Below are positions 1 to 11,487 of a stretch of DNA of 64,000 bases, piece after piece. Every line of letters starts with the position of its first letter. Within the stretch, counting starts at the first letter, position 1. Position numbers and translations under genes: made by a program. The stretch is taken from contig JAUCBJ010006637.1 of assembly GCA_032718475.1 (NCBI GenBank), positions 62,714 through 126,713 on the forward strand. Reading direction: 5' to 3'. The notes under the pieces are model-generated. The model was given only the letters and a program-made list of their open reading frames with translations. It did not search any database and had not been told where the DNA came from. Source of the DNA: Nemertoderma westbladi. Its lineage: Eukaryota > Animalia > Xenacoelomorpha.

Positions 1-494
1 TTAATTTTGTGGTGATTTTTCATTATCATATTTACACTACGATTTTTTTTCGTGCCCCAAAGGGCACATTCAAAATTACCAAAAATTTTCTAGAATGTTA
101 TATTTGAGTTCAATATTTGTGATCAGTGTCCAAAAAAACCGCTATATATAGCGCAAAAAATTAATTTTAGTGAATTATAAAAACATTTGAAAATTTTAGC
201 ACGAAAAATACCTGAGATGGATGCCAGAAAGGGGCCACATCAAAAAATTAACATTGGTTGCGAGAAAAGGGACCTGCGTTTTTAATTTTTTGTATAAACT
301 CTCATAACTTTTTAACGAAAAACGATATGAAAAAACTAGTTCGATATTCGGAAAGCGCAGAATATTCTGCATCTAATAGGCCTAAAAACGCAAAATCGAC
401 CATGTGGTCCCCAGGTCCCTTTTCTCGCAACCAGCCACAAATACTGTACTTTTATCTTTGGAACAAAGAACGGGGACCCTCTCGGAAACAAAGA

Positions 495-590
495 TACTGT
501 AGGGGGGAAACTGGACGCAATAAAAATGAATCCCTCTCCAGGGGAAATTCGATGGAAATAACAGATGATTACTCTCAAAAATAAATAATA
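495..590. repeat. Dispersed repeat fragment (family also at ~12730-12930 and ~50510-50745)
   Basis: ggggggaaactggacgcaataaaaatgaatccctctccaggggaaattcga is close to the reverse complement of 50686-50736; the 12.8-kb copy aligns with the 50.5-kb copy. Confidence 0.6.
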
Positions 591-903
591 ATACCGTTTT
601 ATAGCGCCAAATTAAATATTGCAAATCTACAATAGCTTTTGTCATGTATGTTTGTGTTATTTAATTGTGTTATTTAATTGTGTTATTTAATTGTTCATTT
701 TAATGTTATACTTTGAGCACAATTAAACAAATACAGTACCAATACAGGTTGTGCAGCGGTCAGGCAGTGCTGCAGTCAGACAGTGCAGGCCTATATTCTG
801 ATATTACAGTATTACTTCAACCAAAATCAAAACACTTGTAAAGAAAATACAGGAATATCACTAGGCCAAAGCCTGAAAGCAGTAAAGGCAAAAGGCTACA
901 GGA

Positions 904-2309
904 CTGCGCTCGTCCTTTAGTACCGGTACCGTACTGGTCTGGTCACCAATGTTATTAATAATTAATAATTACGAATTTGGAATGTGTACTAAATTTCATG
1001 CAAGTCCTTTCAGCCTTTGGTGTTTGGTAAACAAAACAATGCTGCAATGTCTATAACAGTAATAAAGCAATACCAAACCAATTAGCCAATGGCAGAATTG
1101 AGTTCACTACAGCACTAGCGAATTCAGATGAAGGCAAGGACTACTATACTACAGGACTGACTCACTATGGCTACTACTAGGATCGGCATGCTGCATTGCA
1201 GCTGCATTTTTAAGAATGCTGTGCCGGCTTATCGACAAAATTGCACCGCCACAACTCCCTATCACCCATGACATTTGCTAGATCATCCGCATCTTCAAGG
1301 CCAGTGCCCTTTTAAGATGCGTCCCAAGAAAGTCATGGGCTGTCCACCATGCTTATTCACTCCATGAGGTTGCCAAAGTACAAGATTATGCACTGGCTGG
1401 TCCTCACGGCGAAAGCAATGTCCTGCAAAGCGGAGGCGATTTTGTTCTAGTGTCAAGCTTGGGGGAACCAATGAGAAACCTCCAATGTTATATAGTGTCT
1501 GGTTGGAGATGTGTGCATTGTACTTGACACAATGAACCCGGCGTAGCATTCTTGTGAATGTGCCATCCAGAGATTTGGTGTCCTCAGCAGTTAGAGCCCA
1601 GCATGGACTCCCATAGAGGAGTACTGGAACTACTGCTGCTCTAAATAATCGGACCTTAAGTTTCCGATTAATTCTCGGTGACTTCCAAATCCTGGAAAGC
1701 CTATTCAAGGCTGCCCATGCCTTTCCCTTACGTATTCGAAGGTCCTCACCTGACTTCCGGATCCATGATCCCAAGTAACAGAAGTCATCCACATGCTCAA
1801 GCATACCATTTTTTGAGCTTATGCTCATCCGATCAGAGACTTGCTGAGGACTTTCAAAGTTAACTGTCAAAATTTTGGTCTTTCTGGAGTTAATAAAAAG
1901 AGCAACACTAGAAGCAGCAGCATGTTCTAATGAGCTGAGGAGCCGGGCTCCCTCTAGTGATTCTGAGAGTAGAGGCCCTACTCCTAAGTTATCAGCAAAG
2001 TCTAGATCAGTTAGGTACTTGGCAGGATTTCCTCGACTTCTGGAGCCAGTAGGTGGAGTTATCATCACCCCATCATCATTATATGATGATCTAAGCGTAG
2101 AACATAGTCAACAACAATTATGAACATTAACTCACTGGCACATCCCTTCATCCTGTCATCCGACATCGCTAGCGAAGTCCATTGGTTTATTGGTATTGCT
2201 TTATACTGTTATAGACATTGTTATCAAAGGATTTTCATGAAATTTAGTACACAATCGTAATTATTAATAACAATATATTTTGGTGTCAAGAAATAAAGGA
2301 CGAGCGCAG
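904..2309. mobile_element. Degenerate foldback/TIR element with a LINE fragment in its centre
   Basis: Arms 904-1092 and 2178-2309 are reverse complements (ctgcgctcgtccttta/taaaggacgagcgcag; tgtgtactaaatttcatg/catgaaatttagtacaca; caatgtctataacagt/actgttatagacattg). Confidence 0.65.
1171..2125 (-). mobile_element. 5'-truncated RTE-type non-LTR retrotransposon (RT C-terminal half, 3' UTR, (TAG)n tail)
   Basis: ORF 1295-2068 has LDFADNL (RT catalytic motif variant), FCYLGS, VLLYGS and RLRFAGHCFR; very similar to 37600-38574; ends tgcagcatgccgatcctagtagtag on the - strand. Confidence 0.92.
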
Positions 2310-2877
2310 CGAGGCTTGTAACAAAGGGGACGAGTGTTGTGTACTAACTATTCAATATACCCTAGTCTAGAACGACCGTGTTTAGTACATTGTGCGACAT
2401 AAAAACGATGTGAAAAGTATCCCTATTCTGCTATTGGTAGAGTAATGTTGTGACACAGATGATTTGGGATTCAACTAGCGGTATATTGCAGTATTGCCTC
2501 ACCACCCCACAGCCCACTATATACATGGACCTCCCTCTCTCTATAGCCCACAGGCCTATTCTTTATCTCTGGTCATTTTACTATTCTAACAGTTCTCAAG
2601 CCAGGTTCCAGGGATGAAGGGGTACCGGTAGGCTACGCCCTGATGCCAGTCCAGTCTGCCTGTTGTGCAGTAGTGTGTGTGTTACATACAGATACAAGGC
2701 CTACTAGATACCTAGGTACTACTAGCTGACTAGGCCTTGGTAGTAAGGCAGTAGGCCCCAGGCCCACACTTGCTCTAGGCCTAGGCCAGTGGCCAGTAGG
2801 CTATTCTAGGAATAGACTAGCTATTCTAGTTTATTACCGGTCAGCCGGTAGTTTATTTGCTGAAGTTTTGATTCACA

Positions 2878-4587
2878 ATGCAAAGAACTAGTGAGTTGGC
2901 CAGCTCACTGGTAATCACTAAATCTATGTTCGCGAACATCTGTTCGGAAAATGATATCTTTGTGCGGTCATTTCTCGAAGAATACCTCGACGCAAACTCC
3001 AGCTTTCTGGACGAGTACGTAGTTAAGAAATGTACGCCAGTTCATATTGCAGGGTGGATGAAACGTTCGCTTTCCTCTGTATCTAACAATCCCTCGACCA
3101 CCACAATGGCATTGCCTCTCTATCCGGTGCAATCTCCCCCCACAGTCGATGTACCAGCTCCAAGTTACCCAGAGACCTATCCGGTGCAACCTCCCCCCAC
3201 AGTCGATGTACCAGCTCCAAGTTACCCAGAGACCTATCCGGTGCAATCTCCCGCCACAGTCGATGTACCAGCTCCAAGTTACCCAGAGACCTATCCGGTG
3301 CAATCTCCCCTCACAGTCGATGTACCAGCTCCAAGTTACGCAGAGACCTATCCGGCGCAATCTCCCGCCACAGTCGATGCACCAGCTCCAAGTTACCCAG
3401 AGACCTATCCGGCGCAATCTCCCCTCACAGTCGATGTACCAGCTCCAAGTTACGCAGAGACCTATCCGGCGCAATCTCCCGCCACAGTCGATGCACCAGC
3501 TCCAAGTTACCCAGAGACCTATCCGGCGCAATCTCCCCTCACAGTCGATGTACCAGCTGAAAGTTACCCAGAGACCTATCCGGCGCAATCTCCCGCCACA
3601 GTCGATGCACCAGCTCCAAGTTACCCAGAGACCTATCCGGTGCAATCTCCCGCCACAGTCGATGCACCAGCTCCAAGTTACCCAGAGACCTATCCGGTGC
3701 AATCTCCCGCCACAGTCGATGCACCAGCTCCAAGTTACCCAGAGACCTATCCGGCGCAATCTCCACTCACAGTCGATGTACCAGCTCCAAGTTACCCAGA
3801 GACCAGTCTGAAGCAAGGACCAAAGACCAGTCTGAAGAAAAGACCAAAGACCTCTCTGAAGAAAAGACCAAAGACCAGTCTGAAGCAAAGACTCAAGATC
3901 CGGCGGAAGCAAAGACCAGAGACCAGTCTGAAGCAAAGATCGAACAGTCTGAAACAAAGACCAAAGACCAGTTTGAAGCAAAGACCAGTGAGAAAATGTG
4001 TGAAAAACCCTTCTAGGTACCCGTTTCGGGTTCGGCCTACACCTGTGACGCGATTCCGAATCCTGAGTTATCATCCGAAACACCAAAACATGAAGCGCCT
4101 CCAATCCGTTCCCAAACCATCATTCATGCTGCCTGTGGTGAGATTGCATCGTCTCAATTTCCAACAGAATGCTACGTCTTACCTTACACAACTCAACCCA
4201 TCATATAGGCCTACTTCAGAAATCGGACTGAATGAGATAGAAGAGGGTGAAGTGGAGTTTAAACATAACACAGGTGTGGCTGATAGAGGTATCAATGGGG
4301 TGGTAGAGGCTGTAGACTCTAGCCACACAGCCCCAAGTCTCCTACCTGACACCATACTAGACACCCCTCCCCTCTATCACCCGCAACAACCGGAAGTACC
4401 GTCAGGAATAATTCCTGCCTCCAGACCGGAACCTCTTGGGGACAACCCAATTAATTTATGGGAGGATGATACGCTACACGGAAGACCGTTAGATTCTGCG
4501 ACACCTGTAACACAAGAATCCCAGTCCCTCTTATCTGACCTGAATAGGCCAGAACTGGCAATGGATTTAATCAATGAAACCCCCTAA
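2878..4587 (+). CDS. Intronless 569-aa ORF of unknown function: unique N-terminus, 12 x 19-aa Pro-rich repeats, basic TSLKQRPK repeats, unique acidic/Pro-rich C-terminus
   Basis: ATG start; about 80 aa before and 200 aa after the repeats stay open in non-repetitive sequence, unlike the satellite-only ORFs. No family recognised with certainty. Confidence 0.5.
   Translation: MQRTSELASSLVITKSMFANICSENDIFVRSFLEEYLDANSSFLDEYVVKKCTPVHIAGWMKRSLSSVSNNPSTTTMALPLYPVQSPPTVDVPAPSYPETYPVQPPPTVDVPAPSYPETYPVQSPATVDVPAPSYPETYPVQSPLTVDVPAPSYAETYPAQSPATVDAPAPSYPETYPAQSPLTVDVPAPSYAETYPAQSPATVDAPAPSYPETYPAQSPLTVDVPAESYPETYPAQSPATVDAPAPSYPETYPVQSPATVDAPAPSYPETYPVQSPATVDAPAPSYPETYPAQSPLTVDVPAPSYPETSLKQGPKTSLKKRPKTSLKKRPKTSLKQRLKIRRKQRPETSLKQRSNSLKQRPKTSLKQRPVRKCVKNPSRYPFRVRPTPVTRFRILSYHPKHQNMKRLQSVPKPSFMLPVVRLHRLNFQQNATSYLTQLNPSYRPTSEIGLNEIEEGEVEFKHNTGVADRGINGVVEAVDSSHTAPSLLPDTILDTPPLYHPQQPEVPSGIIPASRPEPLGDNPINLWEDDTLHGRPLDSATPVTQESQSLLSDLNRPELAMDLINETP
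3121..3990 (+). repeat. 57-bp tandem repeat (~12 copies) followed by degenerate 24-bp repeats
   Basis: Unit tatccggtgcaatctcccgccacagtcgatgcaccagctccaagttacccagagacc, then agaccagtctgaagcaaagaccaa-like units. Confidence 0.95.
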
Positions 4588-4713
4588 CCAACCCATCATA
4601 TACGGGACATTCTGGAGACTTGCAGTTTGTCTTCAACACATTCCGGATTGTGGGTACCGGTGCTGATCACAAACTAAATAATTTTGTGAACACGACAGTA
4701 TGGCACTGCCCTG

Positions 4714-6136
4714 TAGTCCGGCAGCAAATAGCACAAATTTTGGTGAACCGTGTTTTTTATACCCATAAAATGTTTTATCGGTTTTGTACTCATTAGACCC
4801 TGCTGAACAATATTTAGGAGGGTGTCGCCCCTACAACCATGAGCATTTCTCATAAATCGTGTTACCATGGTTACCGGGGTGCTTATCTGCAGCTGCCATG
4901 TTTTAAACACACAATGGTTACAGGATTTACCCCAAACCTGACTAAACCAATGATTGTGAATTCGATGAGCTTATTTTCAAACCACTGTTACCCTGGTAAC
5001 CGTTGCTAGGGGCAGTAATCTACGGTTCACGCCATAGCAAAAACCAACTTAACCATTATGCGACCTCAGTATCAACATATTCCCTTAGTATATCGCATAC
5101 TGAACTTGTATTCGACAATTCGAGTCACAGTTATTATGACAACCGTTGCTACGGTAACTACTGAAGTATATCATAGCAACCAGCTACCAAAGCATTCTAT
5201 GACTATATGATTGTACTGTTTCAACATACCCCCGCTGTATCGTACATAGTTCATAATGGGTTTATTGAACTTGGTTTCTAGCCACAGTTACCATGACAAC
5301 TGTTGCTATGTAGACTAGACAATGATTCTAAATATGATTTCAAAGGTCGTTGATATTCACAGGAACTATTGTAGAGGAATTACCTTTAGGTAAGTATTTT
5401 AGTTCACAATTTTTATTAATAATAAATTGATATATCAATTATCAAAGATCATAAGATCCGCAAGTACCAGGAACTCATGGGTCGGGGCTACCTCTTCCAT
5501 CCGGCAGCCTACGAGACCTTGGGCCGCCCCGTCCCTGAAACATCCGAGTTCCTGAAAGGAGATCGGGGCAAGACTCCACTCTGTGCGAAATCTATATCTT
5601 TTAATGACTGGTCGGGGTGTAATAGTAACTCAGTGACGTTACAGTGGAATATATATATCTTGATAGTCGTAGTCATATAATGCTTATATCGCTGGTTGGT
5701 AGGGGGCCTATGGAGATCCTATTGGACTTAACAACGATGATAACCCTGACTCGAAACCAAGTTGAATAACCTTGATATACTGTGGGTAGAGTCACTGTAG
5801 TTTTCTAATGCTTAAATTTGTGTTAAATATGGCGTTTCCCGAAGATTACTGCCACTAACAACGGTTACCATGGCAACAGTGCTTCGGGACTGGGTTCATT
5901 AGCATTGGCAATCATCGATAGAGACCAATTTGATGTAAAATGGTCTAGATATTGAGTGTTTATAATAGCGGTTGCTAGGGTCTCAGTCGCTGTTGACATG
6001 GCTCGTGATCGTCTTGCTCAAGGCTGAGAGAGCGACACCCTCCCTAATATCGACTAGTATGGTATTGTGGTCATGAAACTGATGAGACTTTTTATGGGTA
6101 TAAAATTGCACGGTTCATCACTTTGCTGCCGGACTA
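4714..6136. mobile_element. Non-autonomous TIR DNA transposon, Academ-like (TAG...CTA termini, 3-bp TSD CTG)
   Basis: tagtccggcagcaaa at 4714 and tttgctgccggacta ending 6136; imperfect IR continues ~120 bp; ctg on both sides (4711-4713, 6137-6139). Superfamily inferred from termini and TSD length. Confidence 0.75.
5445..5580 (+). mobile_element. Fragment of restriction-like endonuclease (RLE) domain of a CRE/R2-type non-LTR retrotransposon
   Basis: Translates DHKIRKYQELMGRGYLFHPAAYETLGRPVPETSEFLK, matching the K..KY..L...Y.F.P.A.ETLG.......FL pattern. Confidence 0.6.
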
Positions 6137-7825
6137 CTGCGGAGATATATGTTTTGCCACGACGGAGTAGAATTGATATTTTCCATCCAGATCATGTATT
6201 TATTTCATTTGTGATTAGTGTGAGTTTGGTCCACAAATTGTAAATATGGAATGTTTTCTCAAAAGGATGATTGATAATGAAGCCACCTAAATTCCATGGT
6301 ACACATAGCAAATTTGTGAGAATTGTTATGTATTTTTATTGTGTTTTATCGAATTTTATTGGATTGGCACTAGAACATGTAAATAATCTGATATTGCCCA
6401 CGTCTACTAAACAATTTTTGTGTTCTAGAACATTATTATTTATAGTAGCTAGTGTTTTTATGAAGCTAGTAATAGTACGTTACGTACCGATATTTAAAAT
6501 GCTTAAAACTCATTTTATTCTTAAATTGTTACTTTTTCGCTCGAATATACCCCAAAATCGGGAAAAAATATGTACTTTTTCTTTAGGGAAAAATAGTAGT
6601 AACCCATAGGATTGTAATGATTTTAAATTTTTTCCAAACGAAAAAAGTAAACTAAAATATTTTTTATATAATTTCTTAAATTTTATTACATGTGTTGAAA
6701 GAGCATCGAAGTAGAAAAGGTTTGCAAGTAATTTGAGCAAAATCCATTTAAACACTGAAAAGTTATTGCAACTTTAGTGTCTGCAAGCCTTCCCTGGTTA
6801 CTCCAAAACGGAACTCAATATCCAATATTGGTTTATGTAGTTAAGCGGCTCTCTAGTTACGTAATTAATTCAATTTATTTTGTAACACTATATCGCTCTA
6901 TATTTTATTAATGAATTGAGCAACAAAAAAGTACCAATTTAAAGAAAAACGTTACGTATTACATGGGAAAAATACCTCACTAACGCTCGGTAAATAAAAT
7001 GCCTCGAGAATAGTAAAAAAAGGTTCTATTTTTTTTCCCAAGTAATAAATAATTAATTTTTTAATGTTGCGTATGTAAGGTGTTCCTCTATTGTTGCTGG
7101 GTTAACATTATCCAAGAATAATAGCTAATACATATTGTCACGAATACTAAAAAATATTAGATTATACGAATTCGAATTGTTACGAAAATGGATATTGCAC
7201 CACAATGCAATAGTCGGTTTGTCCATCTTTCTGTCAGTTTGTCTGTCAAAAACTAATAAAGCATACCATCAACATTAAATTTTAGCTATTGGGGTTTTCT
7301 TGGTCGATGATTTCATTTCCGATGGCAGTTTTTACCTTTATTTACGTTCAACGAAATGCTGTGAATGGAATAACACAGGGTAACATTTAAAAGCGTGGAT
7401 CACCTGTATGATCCATAGCGCATTAGCGTACCATTGCTTATGGATCATGTGTGATCCATAGTACAGTACCTAAGGGGTTAAGCCGGGATTTTCGATTTTG
7501 CCTTGAATTTTATTTTATAAGCTTTTTAAAAGTGTCTTTTGCGAAATTGTACATTTCCTATCGTCGCCAATCTTCACATTAGTGAAGATTCATTCTTTCA
7601 TATCATTAGAAAGCTTGCCAAATATGTAACAATATCTGAATTTCGTTGAGAAACAGCTGAGAAATAGGCGTTCAAAGATTGCAAGAATTATTGTTCCCGT
7701 TCACTGTAGGCTATTTATTCTATTTAATAAATACATAATGTTCTGAAACATTTTGTTTATGTTTATTTTGCTTATGAAAATAGACTCAAACAACTTTAAA
7801 AAGTTAATTAATTACTCTAACAACA

Positions 7826-8053
7826 TTAAGGACATGGTGGGCGGTTGGGGACTCGCCCTCGCTTCAGCAGATGATAGTGGCAATGGTGGAATTAGCATTG
7901 GATAAAATAAATCAAATCTCTAAACTCTAACCGCATCATCCATTGCCACCTCTCATGTTCTGGAAGACTGGCTAACAAGTTTCCTAAGGTTGTTCTGATT
8001 GTGTGCTACTCTCCAACTAGTGTTGCCCCTGTAGAGGAGGTGGAAAATTTTGA
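7826..8053 (+). mobile_element. RTE LINE fragment (AP-endonuclease region)
   Basis: Aligns to 36990-37127 and continues into VVLIVCYSPTSVAPVEEVENF (APE YAPT-type motif). Confidence 0.8.
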
Positions 8054-8757
8054 AGGGAGGTGGAGGCAGTTTTCCGAAACTGCCTGATTTTTCCAAATTT
8101 GCTAATTTTGAATTAGATAATGAAACCATCGAAAACTCGAAAAACATTTTCAGAGTCGCCAACCCCATTGCGATATTCACTAACACCAGAGCCCAATGCA
8201 GTTTAGTGAGGAGAAGGGGGACTTGACATACCTCGGACCTCGTCGGTGTCTTCAGACACCATCAATTCAATATCCTTGTAAGTCTCAAGTACTCGTCTAT
8301 ATTAATCTCTTTGCTTCACTCGAGGAAAAATCAATGTTTTCCATAAAGTACAACTTTATTCGGCGTGATAGATTGACCTCGGATAGAAACTTTTTGAGTA
8401 GAATTGATAATTATATTTTATATTATAATAAAATATACGAACATATTAACACCATCAACAGATAAATTAAACTAAAAGAAACATACCAAGTAAATTAAGA
8501 ATGATTAAATTCTTTAAAATTGATTACAAAATCTCAAACCGGTAATAAGAAATAAAAATCACTTTCCACAATTCCAAGATCCACAATTATTATAAAATAG
8601 CCCTTCACAATATAAATCGGACAAATTATTAATTAGAACTGCTAATAATTGATAAATAATTTATTTACTATGTGTAAATTACAATAACTGCAAGATCTCT
8701 ACTAATTCTCGGAATTTAATAACATTGACAAGAGAACTACTAGAACAACCCATCCCT

Positions 8758-9597
8758 CTATCCACTACAGACCGCGGCCTTCGCAGTAGCTCTGTTACCG
8801 TCCACTACCTCGCCCCAATCTCTCGCAGCTAACTTCGGCAACGCCGCCAATAACACCCGCTTCGCTACGTGAGCGTTAGTCTTCAACGCGCGGAGAACTT
8901 CATCAACCGTAACGTTATGCTCCGATTCGCGCCAACTGTCGTAGTCAGTTGGCAAGGCTAACGCGGCGTACGATAAACCAGCCTCCCTCGCGAGACAGGC
9001 CTCCGGGACCGTGGTCATATTAACCACATCGGCGCCCCACGAAGCGAACAACTGGCTCTCTGCTCGCGTCGAGAACCGAGGTCCTTCTATAGTGACAGCT
9101 GTCCCTCGAGAATGAAACTTAATCCCGAGTTCCTTCATGGTTTCTATTAGAACGTTCCGCGTCTCCCGACAGAACGGTTCCCCCATCGGGACGTGTGCGA
9201 CTCCGTGGAAATCGCTGTCAACCCGAGTTATTCCGTCGTAGAAAGTCGTTGCTCGGAGCCGCGTTCGGTCGATAAACTGGTCGATAACTACGATTTCGCC
9301 GGGGGCGATTCCCTCTCGTAAAGAACCGCAGGCGGTTGTTACTAAGACGTGGGTGCAGCCGTGGGCCCGTAGCGCCCAGATGTTGGCGCGGTAGTTGAGA
9401 GTCGACGGGCTCACAGAGTGGTCGGCTCCGTGTCGGGAGAGTAGCACTACGTCTACTCCGGATATGGTGCCGATAAGGAGGGGGGAAGACGGGGGTCCGT
9501 ACGGGGTCGATACGTTCAGCTTACGGAGGTCCGAGATGAATTCTACGTCCTCCAAACCTGTTCCACCGATAATACCAACGGTAATTTTCGACATCAT
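8758..9597 (-). CDS. MTAP: S-methyl-5'-thioadenosine phosphorylase, single coding exon, 279 aa
   Basis: VGIIGGTG, TPYG, LLSRHG, NYRANIWAL, GCTHVLVTTACGSLRE, DQFIDRT, TIEGPRFSTRAES, WGADVVNMTTVPE, TDYDSW: full-length animal-type MTAP. Confidence 0.97.
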   Translation of the reverse strand: MMSKITVGIIGGTGLEDVEFISDLRKLNVSTPYGPPSSPLLIGTISGVDVVLLSRHGADHSVSPSTLNYRANIWALRAHGCTHVLVTTACGSLREGIAPGEIVVIDQFIDRTRLRATTFYDGITRVDSDFHGVAHVPMGEPFCRETRNVLIETMKELGIKFHSRGTAVTIEGPRFSTRAESQLFASWGADVVNMTTVPEACLAREAGLSYAALALPTDYDSWRESEHNVTVDEVLRALKTNAHVAKRVLLAALPKLAARDWGEVVDGNRATAKAAVCSG

Positions 9598-10169
9598 TAA
9601 ATAATTACTTGAAATTATCTTGAATAATTTTATCTCTAATACCGGTAGCGCTACAGACAGATCTTAACACTTACCAGCTTACCGCTACCAACAGTAATAT
9701 TATTATTATTAATGGTATTTAAGCCATTATTGCCATTGTTATCAATTATTATTTTGGATAATATATTAACTTTTTATTATTTCTCGGACAACTAAAAAGG
9801 AAGAGGGAGCTATTGGTTTAAGTATGTCAGCAGTGTATCTTATTATCTATCCATTCCCCATTCCAGTGTATATTAGCCAGCCTATCGCCGCTAAAGCCAG
9901 ACATCAATATTTCTCTATCCTTGTAAGGTCGTAGTTGTGTCAAACTTTAGCTGATAATTTTTTTTATCAGTTTCGAAGAAACTGATGTTTCGTAGATTTT
10001 GCTCTATTGCTAAGTATTATAAATGTCTAGGAATTCGTGGTATTTATATTATGCTCTTATTATTGACACATCCTTATATGAATAGCAATACAATAATTTA
10101 TTCTTTAACTGACTTATTTTGCAAAATATAATTTTAATACTTTATTTTAAAATATACTTCGGCTCGGCC
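9598..10169. promoter_or_regulatory. Putative shared divergent promoter region between MTAP and CTHRC1-like
   Basis: The two start codons point away from each other about 570 bp apart. TSSs not determined. Confidence 0.4.
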
Positions 10170-10310
10170 ATGGTGAATGTACGTACACAGAGCTCTTTAA
10201 TTCTTGCGATGTTGTTTACTATTATTTGTGTAACAACAGCCCAAAACGGACCAATGGGTGATACTGGGTCTGTCGACAATGAAGACATGCCACAAAATTT
10301 AGCCATAAAG
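10170..10310 (+). CDS. CTHRC1: CTHRC1-like exon 1 (signal peptide)
   Basis: gccATGG context; MVNVRTQSSLILAMLFTIICVTTAQ hydrophobic signal; ends AAG|gtttgt, phase 0. Confidence 0.75.
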
Positions 10311-11029
10311 GTTTGTGTTTTGGAAATAATGGTGTTCAGCCAGAATCTATTAGAGCATTAATTAGGCGACGAGGATTGCGTCTGGTTTGTCTCGTCCACA
10401 CGTCATGCAGTCATGTGACAAAATGAGATAAGTCTCTAACTAGAGACGATCTAGTTCTAGTTAGTAAAATTCATACAGGAGTCTATATCTACTATACATA
10501 AAGACTTACTAAATATAATAGAACACACTTTAGTATTCTACATTCGGTATTCGGTATACTACACGTACTGACTTCCGGAATCGCTACTTTGAATTTGGCG
10601 CGCCAGTGTATCATTAACATAATTTTACACTTGTTTATACTTTTTCATTATGTCAATGAAGCACTCAAAATAAAAAGTATTAAATATGTCAATGACACGT
10701 AAATGCGCCATTGATAATAATACTGCACAGTAATTATAATATCGTACTAGACTATATTCTGGTACAATTATACCAATAAATTTCGTGGAATATAATACTT
10801 TAAACAATATACTGTAGGTGTGACAGTGACACAATTGGTTCGGAAATAAAATGTCGCAAACGCGTCAGTGAGCGGGCTAGTAACACATTTTATTCCAAAA
10901 TTGTAACATTACTCAACACCATTAGTATTAACAGCGAGTTGTTATTTAGCACTTTACAACTTTAGAGGACATTACAGTATTGTATTGGCCTGTTCTCATA
11001 CTCATATCTTTACGAAATTGCGACAACTA

Positions 11030-11099
11030 TGGAGAATCGGGAAGCCTGGAAGGATCTCATTTCCACTGTCCGAGTTCGCTCGACCTAGTAGTAGTAGTA
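11030..11099 (+). mobile_element. Solo 3' end of a second RTE-like family with (TAG)n tail
   Basis: Same ~60-bp sequence as the 17341-17725 array unit; reverse-complement copy at ~40219-40250. Confidence 0.65.
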
Positions 11100-11218
11100 T
11101 TGGCCTGTACAATTATAGTATTGTAGTGTAGTGGGTGTTGTAATGTCCAATGTTTAGGTAGTAACCAATGACGGCGAGCTGTAAAGTTACGGCGTCATGG
11201 TGTAATATCGCTGGAGTA

Positions 11219-11366
11219 CGGTGGCTGAATTGTGCCACTTAATACTTTTTTTTATTTATTTTTTTAAGGGACTTTTTGGTCGACCAAAAAGTACTTTTTG
11301 GTCGACCAAAAAGTCCCTTAAAAAAATAAATAAAAAAAAGTATTAAGTGGCACAATTCAGCCACCG
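11219..11366. mobile_element. Perfectly palindromic 148-bp MITE flanked by TA (Tc1/mariner-like)
   Basis: TA|cggtggctgaattgtgccac...gtggcacaattcagccaccg|TA; the whole element is its own reverse complement, centred at 11292/11293. Confidence 0.85.
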
Positions 11367-11487
11367 TAGTACCGGTGTACATAAAGCTTTGTTAAACACA
11401 TTGATCGCTAGGCCTACCGGTGCCTAGGATATTAATCCTTCATCATGATAGTGTTACGGTTTTAAATAACCACCTAATTCACTTAAT

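Noticed and set aside
8758-9597. Horizontal transfer of MTAP from bacteria
   Set aside because: Motifs such as GCTHVLVTTACGSLRE and NMTTVPE follow the animal enzyme; intron loss or retroposition is simpler.
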